Positions 41,550-49,715 of a DNA stretch of 64,000 bases are shown here, in pieces. The stretch comes from Candidatus Adlerbacteria bacterium (GTDB lineage: Bacteria > Patescibacteriota > Minisyncoccia > Phycocordibacterales > SBAW01), in the NCBI GenBank assembly GCA_028286685.1, contig JAQBRA010000006.1, forward strand, positions 1,993-65,992. Reading direction: 5' to 3'. The position numbers were made by a program, and so were the translations under genes. Below the pieces are notes generated by a model. That model did not search any database and was not told the DNA's origin. It saw only the letters and a list, made by a program, of their open reading frames with translations. How positions within the stretch are numbered: the stretch's first letter is position 1; each line of letters begins with the position of its first letter.

Positions 41550-43559
41550 ATGCCTCAGGGAAGTAACAGCGGCCCTCAACAAAAGGAGCCTCGCAAGACC
41601 GTTTCAGGAATAGTCCAAGTCACTCGAAAAGGAGTGGGCTATTTGCCGTGGCCCTTGGCCGATGGCGTCGTAGCAGTTAAAGGCGCGCCTAAAGAAAAGG
41701 AGGACATAGAGATAGACACCCGCGACTTGGGCGGGGCGCTCAACGGCGACGAGGTAGAGGTGGAACTAAGAGGATTCATACAGCCGCGCGCATTCCGCGG
41801 CCAAGCAGCCAAGCCAGCCCATGCGACCGGCACGGTCGTGCGCGTCATCTCACGCGTTAAAACGGAATTTGTCGCGACCATTAAGGACGGTAAAGCACTA
41901 GCCGCTGACCAGAAGTTTTACCGACCCATGACCCTTACCGCTCCGTCTGAGGAGGGCGCCAAGGTTATCGTTAAGCTGGTCTCCTTTGACGGCAAGACCG
42001 ACCCCGTAGGCGAAGTCATAGAGGTCATAGGAAAGGCGGGCGAGCACCGCACCGAGATGAACGCCATTGTTATGGAGAAGGGCTTCCGTACCGACTTTCC
42101 ACCCGAGGCCGAGGCGGAGGCGGAGGACTATGAGCGCCGCCACCTGGAAATTATCGCCTCCGAGCTCCCCCATCGGGCCGACCACCGCGGTTTGGTGGTG
42201 ATGACTATCGACCCCAAGGACGCCAAGGACTTCGACGACGCACTTTCCATACAAGAGCTCCCCGACGGCACCTACGAGGTGGGCATCCATATCGCCGACG
42301 CCAGCTACTACTGCGCCCCGGGCACCGCAATCGACAAGGAAGCGCGCAAGCGCGGCACCTCGGTATACCTGGTGGATGCGACCATTCCCATGCTCCCGCA
42401 CCAGATATCGGGCGGCGTAGCATCGCTGAAGGCCGACGAGGACCGCCTGGCCTTTACCGCGATGTTTATTCTGGACAAGAACGCGAAGGTTGTAAGCCGC
42501 CGGTTTGAAAAATCGGTGATCCGCTCCAAGAAGCGCTTTACCTACGAGGAGGCGCAGGAGGTTTTAGACAAGCAGGAGGGGCCCTACCTCGCCGAGCTCA
42601 ATATGCTCTTTGGCCTCGCCAAGCAGATGCGCTCGCAGCGCCAGGCAGAAGGAGCTATCGACTTTGGCGACAACGAGGTCAGGTTCGAGCTCGATCCCGT
42701 AACCGGAGTGCCCCTGCGCGTCATACGCAAGGTCCGCATCGATACCAACTGGCTTATCGAGGAGTTCATGCTCCTGGCTAACCGGGAGGTGGCCGCGCAT
42801 GTCTTCAAGCTTGCCGCCGATGCGCCCGAAAAGAGGTACGCATTCTTGTACCGCATCCACGACGAGCCGAAAGCTGACCGCATTTCAGAGCTCCAGACCT
42901 TTGTGCGCGCCATCGGCTACGAGTTCGGCCGGGAAAAGAAGCCCATCAACGCCAAGGACATTCAAAACCTGCTGGAGCAGATTAAGGGCAAGCCCGAAGA
43001 GCACCTGATACGCACCGCAACCTTGCGCTCTATGGCTAAGGCCATTTACACCACGAAAAATATCGGGCACTTCGGCCTGGCGTTTCAGTACTACACGCAC
43101 TTTACGTCCCCCATCCGCCGCTACCCGGACATGCTCGTGCATCGCATACTCAGCAGCCACCATGGCGGAGAGAAGATAAGCCGCGAGGAGTACGAGGGGC
43201 TTGAGATGAGCTGCATACTCGCTTCCGAGCAGGAGGCCAAGGCAGTCGACGCCGAGCGCGAGTCCATCCGCTACAAGCAGGTGGAGTTCATGATTCCGAA
43301 AATTGGCCAGATATTCGACGGCGTCATATCGGGCGTTACCGACTGGGGCCTGTATGTCGAGGAAAAGGAGTCCGCAGCCGAGGGCCTGGTGCGCGTGCGT
43401 TCCATAGGCGATGATTTTTATAACTACTCGCAGAAGGAGTACTCGCTCGTAGGCGAGCGCTCCAAACAAAAATACACGCTGGGTAACCCCGTGCGTGTAA
43501 AGCTGGTGAATGCGGATCTTGCGACCCGCACGCTCGACTTCGAGCTGGTTCGCGCTTAG
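41550..43559 (+). CDS. rnr: ribonuclease R / RNase II family 3'-5' exoribonuclease
   Basis: Cold-shock/OB N-terminal domains, an RNB catalytic domain (DPKDAKDFDDALS, HFGLAFQYYTHFTSPIRRYPD) and a C-terminal S1 domain. Start moved to the internal ATG 41550. Confidence 0.85.
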   Translation: MPQGSNSGPQQKEPRKTVSGIVQVTRKGVGYLPWPLADGVVAVKGAPKEKEDIEIDTRDLGGALNGDEVEVELRGFIQPRAFRGQAAKPAHATGTVVRVISRVKTEFVATIKDGKALAADQKFYRPMTLTAPSEEGAKVIVKLVSFDGKTDPVGEVIEVIGKAGEHRTEMNAIVMEKGFRTDFPPEAEAEAEDYERRHLEIIASELPHRADHRGLVVMTIDPKDAKDFDDALSIQELPDGTYEVGIHIADASYYCAPGTAIDKEARKRGTSVYLVDATIPMLPHQISGGVASLKADEDRLAFTAMFILDKNAKVVSRRFEKSVIRSKKRFTYEEAQEVLDKQEGPYLAELNMLFGLAKQMRSQRQAEGAIDFGDNEVRFELDPVTGVPLRVIRKVRIDTNWLIEEFMLLANREVAAHVFKLAADAPEKRYAFLYRIHDEPKADRISELQTFVRAIGYEFGREKKPINAKDIQNLLEQIKGKPEEHLIRTATLRSMAKAIYTTKNIGHFGLAFQYYTHFTSPIRRYPDMLVHRILSSHHGGEKISREEYEGLEMSCILASEQEAKAVDAERESIRYKQVEFMIPKIGQIFDGVISGVTDWGLYVEEKESAAEGLVRVRSIGDDFYNYSQKEYSLVGERSKQKYTLGNPVRVKLVNADLATRTLDFELVRA

Positions 43560-43649
43560 TCGCGACCTCGCGGATGCCGATTGTATAAAAACGCCCCCGG
43601 CTTATGGCCGGGGGTTGTCTCAATCAACCGCTGCTTAATTTTGAACTGG

Positions 43650-43997
43650 TCAGGTAGCCCAGCGAGGTTCCCCGAAATTACTACCCTCAACCGGCTTGCT
43701 TCCTGCAGGAACTGGGTCAGGGTAGTTATGCGCCATGAGCTCGCCGCGGCTATACCATCCGGCGAAACTCAAGCACATCTGGACGACAGTCAGGTGACTC
43801 CCCGTCCTGCGCTGTTTAGCCGGATCACGGGCCAAAACCTTGACGTTGTCGCAGGCATAGTGAGCGTGAGCGAGGAGCTCAGCGACCGTAAGCTCCCGAA
43901 AGCTCAAATGTTCGGGTGAACGGGTTTTTGGTATCCCCGCGGCTCGCAGTTTTTCTTCGTACATTTCGATGGTCGAAATGATCTTTTCGGGCGTCAT
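43650..43997 (-). CDS. hypothetical protein
   Basis: 115-aa ORF with an ATG start; no motif recognised. Confidence 0.3.
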   Translation of the reverse strand: MTPEKIISTIEMYEEKLRAAGIPKTRSPEHLSFRELTVAELLAHAHYACDNVKVLARDPAKQRRTGSHLTVVQMCLSFAGWYSRGELMAHNYPDPVPAGSKPVEGSNFGEPRWAT

Positions 43998-44050
43998 AGA
44001 GCACCTCCTTATGCTTGTCCTTATCTAGCCAGACTATACAAAAAATCAGC

Positions 44051-46264
44051 CTACTTAGCCACTGCAACCGCCTCTTCGAATTTGACCGAGAGGAGCTTGG
44101 AGGCGCCGTCGGAGCCCATGGTTATGCCGTACAAAATGCCCGCGCGGGACATCGTCTCGCGGTTATGGGTGATGACAATAAGCTGCGAGCGCTTGGAGAG
44201 CGTCTCTATCATGTCGCCGTAGCGGCGCGAGTTGGCCTCGTCCAAGGCCGCCTCGGTCTCGTCGAGTATCAAAAACGGCGGCGGATTGACCTGGGACATC
44301 GCGAAAATAAGCGCGATAGAGGTCAGCGCGCGCTCGCCGCCTGAGAGCATGTGGATGCCCTTGAGTCGCTTGTGGGGCAAGGAAACCGTGAGGTCTATGC
44401 CCTGCTCGGTCTCTGAGTCCCCGTCCTGCGGCTCTTCCTCGCCAAACGGCTCTTCGGACGCGCCGCGGCGCGCCTTCTTTTCCCTGACTATCTGGAGCGA
44501 GGCTGCGCCGCCGCCGAACATGAGCTTGAAAAAGGCGTCGAACTCCTTGTTTATTTTTTCTATCCCCTCGCCAAAGCGCACTTCCAGAGTCTTGGTCAAT
44601 TCCTCTATCAAATGCATGAGGGAGACACGGCTTGCCTCCAGGTCTGCTAACTCGCGGCCCAAAAACGCGTCGCGCTCGGTAGTCTCCTGGTGCTCCCGCA
44701 GGACGTCCGAGGAGCTGCCCAAGCCGGACTCCTCAAGCTTGATCTTGAGCCGCTCGATGCGGCGGGCGCGTTCGGCCTGGCGTGCACGGTCTTCTTCGGC
44801 GGCCTCCGCGTTGGTTTCTTCCAGCGGATGCGACTCGTAGTCAGCAATCTCGCGGCCGACCAGTGCGGCAGCCTCGGCCAAGTTGCGCACCAGAGACTCG
44901 CGATCTCGATTCAAAAGCTCGGCGCGTGCGCGCAGCTGGCTGAGCCTGGATTCCAATTCGCTGCGGCGGGCCATAGCGGCAAACAGCTCGCGCTCGGCAT
45001 CGCGCGAGGCATCTTTTTCGCTCTCAATCGCCAGGCGCAGCGCGGCTATAGCAGAGACCGCCTGCAGTTCTGCAGCCTCGAGCCCGCGCAGCTCGGCTTC
45101 AAGAGAATCCTTTTTGCTTGCAAGCTCAGTAACGCTTTCACCCTTTCTTTCCGAACCTTGCGTTATGCGGCGCAAAAAATCGGCGGTCAGGATAATGAGA
45201 GCCTGGACGCGCTGCTGGAAATTGTTCGTATCGTTAAAAGGCAGCTCGAGCTCGCTGAGCACTTTCTCGCCGAACTGGCGGGCCTCGGCGACCGGGATAG
45301 TCCCCTCTTGGGGCACGTATGCCTCGTGCGCGGCTATGGAGCCCTCGATGCGGCCTAGTTCGCGCATTATCTCTTGGCGCCTATGGGCAGCCGTGCGGCC
45401 CTCCTGCTCGAGCCTTATTAATTCCTGCGTTTCGTGGTCACCACCACGTTTACGGCCGAGCTCTTCGCGCAAGTGGACAATGCGGGCGTCGAGCTCCTTA
45501 TGCTCCCCTTCCGGCGCCTCCTGCTCGCCGCCGAGCGTCGCCTCGGCAAACTTCAAGTAAACGCTCTCGCGCTTGAGGTATTCCAGATAGCGGTCTTTGA
45601 GCTCCTCGCGCAGACTTTGCGCCTCTTCAATCTTTTTAACTTGCGAGTTGAGGAATTTCAGGTGCGGGGCCAGCTCGCGGCGCAGGGCCTCGACCTCTTT
45701 CATATTGTCGGCGGACTTCTGGAGCTTCCGCTCCGCCTCCTCCCTCTTATACAAAAAAGCGGTAAGCCCGAGCGCGTCCTCTATCATCTCGCGGCGCTCG
45801 CGCACGCCGGCGGAGAGTATGCGGTCGGCCTCGCCCTGGGAAATGATATGGTGGCCGGAAGCGCCGATATTGGCGCCCGCCAAAAGCTCGGCAATGTCGC
45901 GCAGGCGCACCGAACTGCCGTTAAGCAGGTAGTCATTGCCGCCGTCGCGGTGCACGACGCGCTCGATAGACACCTCGTCAAAGTCGAGACTGAGCGACCG
46001 GTCGCGGTTATCAAACACGAGCTTGACGCTAGCTCTTCCGCCGCGCGGCACCTGCGCCGAGCCGTTCCAAATGAGGTCCTCGCCGCGCTTGCCGCGCATC
46101 GACTTCATCGACTGCTCGCCCAAGGCAAAGCGGAACGACTCGGCAATGTTCGATTTGCCCGAACCATTGGGGCCCACTACGGCCGTAATGGATGACTCAA
46201 AGGAAAGGGGCGTCTTCTTGGCGAAAGACTTAAAGCCTGAAAGCTCGACGGATTTCAGCCGCAT
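44051..46264 (-). CDS. smc: SMC-family ABC ATPase, short hinge-less form
   Basis: N-terminal head with Walker A (AVVGPNGSGKSNI), a long coiled-coil middle, and a C-terminal head with the signature LSGGERALTSIAL and Walker B LILDETEAALD. 737 aa from the internal ATG MRLKSVEL. Confidence 0.7.
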   Translation of the reverse strand: MRLKSVELSGFKSFAKKTPLSFESSITAVVGPNGSGKSNIAESFRFALGEQSMKSMRGKRGEDLIWNGSAQVPRGGRASVKLVFDNRDRSLSLDFDEVSIERVVHRDGGNDYLLNGSSVRLRDIAELLAGANIGASGHHIISQGEADRILSAGVRERREMIEDALGLTAFLYKREEAERKLQKSADNMKEVEALRRELAPHLKFLNSQVKKIEEAQSLREELKDRYLEYLKRESVYLKFAEATLGGEQEAPEGEHKELDARIVHLREELGRKRGGDHETQELIRLEQEGRTAAHRRQEIMRELGRIEGSIAAHEAYVPQEGTIPVAEARQFGEKVLSELELPFNDTNNFQQRVQALIILTADFLRRITQGSERKGESVTELASKKDSLEAELRGLEAAELQAVSAIAALRLAIESEKDASRDAERELFAAMARRSELESRLSQLRARAELLNRDRESLVRNLAEAAALVGREIADYESHPLEETNAEAAEEDRARQAERARRIERLKIKLEESGLGSSSDVLREHQETTERDAFLGRELADLEASRVSLMHLIEELTKTLEVRFGEGIEKINKEFDAFFKLMFGGGAASLQIVREKKARRGASEEPFGEEEPQDGDSETEQGIDLTVSLPHKRLKGIHMLSGGERALTSIALIFAMSQVNPPPFLILDETEAALDEANSRRYGDMIETLSKRSQLIVITHNRETMSRAGILYGITMGSDGASKLLSVKFEEAVAVAK

Positions 46265-46275
46265 TGGGCCCATTG

Positions 46276-46310
46276 TAGCAAGAAAACAGGCACCCATGGG
46301 ATGCCTGTTC
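46276..46310 (-). terminator. rho-independent terminator for the upstream minus-strand gene
   Basis: aacaggca...tgcctgtt stem around a cccatggg core, followed on the minus strand by tttcttgc. Confidence 0.5.
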
Positions 46311-46318
46311 CTGCCTTC

Positions 46319-46660
46319 TTACAAATTAATTCTTAAAGCCACTCGGGAGAGCATTCTCGTGAGAGCATCCAGATACTCTCCCATAAAAAATTTCTCTCCT
46401 TTGCCTTCTCCAAATTGGCGATCATAGACCCTTATCAGGGCTTGCACCGAAACGGCGCACTTCTCTATTGAGTCTACAATCAGTTCCCCCAGATCCGCTT
46501 TGCCGTAACGCGGATCGGAAAAAACCGCCCTTGCGACGCATGCGCTCGTGTCATCAACAAACAGGCGCACTATTCGGTGCTTATGGTTAAGACTGGTATC
46601 TTTGGGCGGCAAGTCAGTACCGCCCACAACCAGAGCCGCGAGAATGACGAGCGATTTCAT
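46319..46660 (-). CDS. small secreted hypothetical protein
   Basis: Signal peptide MKSLVILAALVVGG; 113 aa. Confidence 0.4.
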   Translation of the reverse strand: MKSLVILAALVVGGTDLPPKDTSLNHKHRIVRLFVDDTSACVARAVFSDPRYGKADLGELIVDSIEKCAVSVQALIRVYDRQFGEGKGEKFFMGEYLDALTRMLSRVALRINL

Positions 46661-46671
46661 CTCTCCCTCCT

Positions 46672-46700
46672 GTTAAAAACCCGGTCTATCGTAAGTAGAC
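46672..46700 (-). terminator. rho-independent terminator after rnc
   Basis: ggtcta-tcgtaag-tagacc hairpin followed on the minus strand by gggtttttaaca. Confidence 0.45.
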
Positions 46701-46737
46701 CATGAGCAAAAGCGGCGCTACAGAAAAAAGTGGATAA

Positions 46738-47430
46738 CTACCACCCGCGGACATCGAGCGCGGCGCGCGCCGCCGCCTGCTCGGCATCCTGCTTGGACTT
46801 GCCCTCGCCCTCGGCAATGAGCTTGTCCTTGATGTGTACGCCTACGACAAAGTGCTTGTCGTGGTCCGGGCCCCACTCGCGCAATACCGCGTAGTTGGGC
46901 GTAATGCCCTCAAACTCCTGGGACTTCTCCTGCAGGGATGACTTGGCATCCAGCCAGAGCTTTTTTTCTATGATCTGGTCGATCTTGGGGAACAGGTGCG
47001 TATTTATAAACTCGCGGGCGGCGTCATAGCCCTGGTCGAGATACAGCGCCCCTACGAGCGCTTCGAAAGCGTTAGCCAGGAGTATGCCGCGGGCGCGGCC
47101 GGTATCTTTGGCTTCGCCGCGCGACAGTAGCAGATGGTCGTTCATTCCGATCTCTGTTGCAATCTCGGCGCAGGTCACGGCGTTAACGAGCGCGGCGCGG
47201 TAGGCGGTCAAGTCGCCCTCGGGCTGGGTTGGGAATTTTTCGTACAGAAAGCGCGTGGCGATAAGCTCGAGGACCGCATCGCCCAAAAATTCCAGGCGCT
47301 CGTTGTGGCCCTTAACTTCGCCGCGGTGCTCGTTTAAGTACGAGCGATGAGTAAAAGCCTGACGCAAGAGGTCGGCATCATTAAACTGGAATCCCAGTTT
47401 GGTTTGAAACGCATTAAAATCGGCTGCCAT
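46738..47430 (-). CDS. rnc: ribonuclease III
   Basis: RNase III signature ERLEFLGDAVLELIAT plus a C-terminal dsRBD. Confidence 0.9.
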   Translation of the reverse strand: MAADFNAFQTKLGFQFNDADLLRQAFTHRSYLNEHRGEVKGHNERLEFLGDAVLELIATRFLYEKFPTQPEGDLTAYRAALVNAVTCAEIATEIGMNDHLLLSRGEAKDTGRARGILLANAFEALVGALYLDQGYDAAREFINTHLFPKIDQIIEKKLWLDAKSSLQEKSQEFEGITPNYAVLREWGPDHDKHFVVGVHIKDKLIAEGEGKSKQDAEQAAARAALDVRGW

Positions 47431-47438
47431 GTCAGTAA

Positions 47439-48359
47439 CTAGTTAGTTTTTATCTTTGCCTTGCCTTTCGCATCAGCGCCCAAATGCTCGACGGCCTTCA
47501 TAACGACCGGGAGCATGTCTTCGTAAAAATTGAGATCCAGCGCATCCTGGAGCTTGAACCAGCGCGCGTCGTCGAGACCTCCCTTCTTGGCCAGTTCCAC
47601 CTCGCTAAAGGGCGACTTGGCCAGGAAGTATATGACATGCTTGCGCTTCTTGCCGGTTGCCGGATCGGAAGCGACGTACTCGTTCTCGCCGAGCCGCATC
47701 TCCGGCTCGATGTTGAGGCCTATCTCCTCCTTTATCTTGCGGACTACGCCGGCCTCCGGGGTTTCCTCCGGGGTCAGTTTGCCCTTAGACAGGGTCCAGT
47801 GGCCGAAAATATCGTGCACGAGAGCCAAGTAGAGCTCATTGCCGCTGCGGGCATAGACCACCGCGCCCACCAGGCGCTCCTGCGGCATCTCCTCCCACGG
47901 GACCTCCTTCTTCTTTTTGGAGATCTCGTCCTTGCCGGGCTCGCCCAGCTCCTTGTATACGGCGCCCAAGACGCCGTTAACGAAGCGGCCCGAGTTTTCC
48001 CCGCCGAAGTGCTTGGCAAGCTCGATAGCCTCGTTAATGGCTACTTTTGCCGGGACTTTTTCCCTGTCGGCAAACAAAAGCTCATAGAGCCCGAGCCGCA
48101 GAACATTGCGGTCTACCGGAGCGATACGCTCCAGAGGCCACTCAGGAGCAGCCTTGCCGATAACCAAATCGAGGTCCGCGCAGCGGGCCAGCGTGCCCCG
48201 CAAAAGCTCCTCCATAAAGGGATGGTCGCCGCCCTGGGGCGTAAACTCAGTCGCATTGCGCACCAGGGTCTCCAGGCACGCCTCTTGAGACAAGTGGCGG
48301 AAGTCCCACTCAAAGAGGGTCTGCAGTACTACCGATCTGGAAAGGTGCCTGTTGGCCAT
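47439..48359 (-). CDS. nusB: NusB-like antitermination factor fused to a C-terminal Nudix hydrolase domain
   Basis: N-terminal half has NusB-family motifs (DRNVLRLGLYELLF, NEAIELAKHFGGENSGRFVNGVLGAV). C-terminal half has the Nudix box GHWTLSKGKLTPEETPEAGVVRKIKEEIG. Start at the internal ATG MANRHLS. Confidence 0.65.
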   Translation of the reverse strand: MANRHLSRSVVLQTLFEWDFRHLSQEACLETLVRNATEFTPQGGDHPFMEELLRGTLARCADLDLVIGKAAPEWPLERIAPVDRNVLRLGLYELLFADREKVPAKVAINEAIELAKHFGGENSGRFVNGVLGAVYKELGEPGKDEISKKKKEVPWEEMPQERLVGAVVYARSGNELYLALVHDIFGHWTLSKGKLTPEETPEAGVVRKIKEEIGLNIEPEMRLGENEYVASDPATGKKRKHVIYFLAKSPFSEVELAKKGGLDDARWFKLQDALDLNFYEDMLPVVMKAVEHLGADAKGKAKIKTN

Positions 48360-48439
48360 TATGTGTAGAGCAATCGGGTGAACAGAACGGAACGAAACAG
48401 ATTCAAGAGCCAGGAGCTGAAGGCCCAACCGGGGCCGGA

Positions 48440-48670
48440 TTACTTCTGCACCTCGCTCTTATCCCTCTTAGCGCGGCGGGCCGACTTGGCAGCCATCTTG
48501 GCCGCTACATCGACAACGATGCGTCCACGGTAGCGCCCGCAAGCCGCGCAAGCGCGGTGAGATACGCGCGGGGCCCCGCACTCGCAAATAGCGAGCTTTT
48601 GGGCCTTAAGCGCATGATGCGAACGGCGGTTAGCCGTGTGCGCATGCGTATGTCTCATTCGGACTACCAT
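48440..48670 (-). CDS. rpmF: 50S ribosomal protein L32 with basic C-terminal extension
   Basis: MVVRMRHTHAHTANRRSHHALKA...CxxC...CxxC zinc-ribbon pattern typical of bL32. Confidence 0.65.
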   Translation of the reverse strand: MVVRMRHTHAHTANRRSHHALKAQKLAICECGAPRVSHRACAACGRYRGRIVVDVAAKMAAKSARRAKRDKSEVQK

Positions 48671-48790
48671 ATGGGGACTATAGCAAAATAGGGCTATTTT
48701 GGCAATCCGGGGCATGGGTATTACAAAAAAGGAAGACCGGCTTTAGTAAGCCGGTCTCTAACCCCTTCGTTTATATCCCCAATACGCAGC

Positions 48791-48991
48791 TCAGGCTGCT
48801 CTGAGCTTAGGGTAGTGTTCGCAATTACTTCCAATGGGAATTTCCACCCATTCTTTATTTTTTATCTCGCAGCAGATTCTGCCCTGAAACATGGCCCCTG
48901 CAAACGGGCATTTTGCCCGGACACAGAAGGGCTTTTTGAAAGCCAGAGTTTCATCTAGCCACCATTCTTCAGTTTTACCTTCGCCTGCCAA
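48791..48991 (-). CDS. small Cys-rich hypothetical protein
   Basis: 66 aa with 6 Cys (CVRAKCPF, CCEIK, NCEHY); weak evidence for expression. Confidence 0.2.
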   Translation of the reverse strand: MAGEGKTEEWWLDETLAFKKPFCVRAKCPFAGAMFQGRICCEIKNKEWVEIPIGSNCEHYPKLRAA

Positions 48992-49060
48992 GACACCCTC
49001 TTTTTGCTTGAGCTATTGGACTTTTTTATGCCGCACCAAAACAAGAACAGCAGTTGAGTA

Positions 49061-49660
49061 TTATACCTTGCTTACGGTATAAGCGTCAATCTTACAAAAG
49101 GTCTTCCGGTGAAGCTCACAGAGGCCGAATTTCCCTATTGCCGCGCGATGTTTGGCCGTGCCGTAGCCCTTGTGGATAGCAAAGCCGTACTCCGGGTACT
49201 GCACGGCCAGAGTTCGCATGAGCCTATCGCGCCTAACCTTGGCCACTATCGAGGCCAGCGATATGACCGGCTCGAGCGCGTCCCCTTTTATGATTGTTTC
49301 CTGCTTATACTCGGGCGGCGCCACCAAGAGCCCGTCGAGCTTTACAAAAGAAGTCTCCGGGTCGGCCAAGTGGCGCACCCCGCTCCATACCCCGCGGCGT
49401 ACCGCCTTGGTTATGCCGCGCGTATCTATGTAGAGCGCCGAGGAAAGCCGCGCACAGAGCTTGATATCGCCCGCTTTTGCCCGGGCCAGCGCCTCTTTAT
49501 ATATCTCCTCGCGCTTTTCTTCGGTGAGCTGCTTGGAATCGTTAATGCCCGGGAAAGCCTTTCTGATATCAAAGCGCTTGGGCACGGCCACGACGCCGAC
49601 CGAAACCGGTCCGGCCAAAGGCCCACGCCCCGCCTCGTCTACGCCAACCAGCCACTGCAT
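49061..49660 (-). CDS. rnhB: ribonuclease HII
   Basis: VGVDEAGRGPLAGPVSVGVV N-terminal catalytic motif. Confidence 0.9.
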   Translation of the reverse strand: MQWLVGVDEAGRGPLAGPVSVGVVAVPKRFDIRKAFPGINDSKQLTEEKREEIYKEALARAKAGDIKLCARLSSALYIDTRGITKAVRRGVWSGVRHLADPETSFVKLDGLLVAPPEYKQETIIKGDALEPVISLASIVAKVRRDRLMRTLAVQYPEYGFAIHKGYGTAKHRAAIGKFGLCELHRKTFCKIDAYTVSKV

Positions 49661-49715
49661 TAGGGCATTGTATCAGGGGTGGTTCAAGACCGGCACCCGA
49701 GAGTATACTCAGACT

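Noticed and set aside
47484-48368. 294-aa + strand ORF
   Set aside because: Antisense to the nusB-nudix gene.
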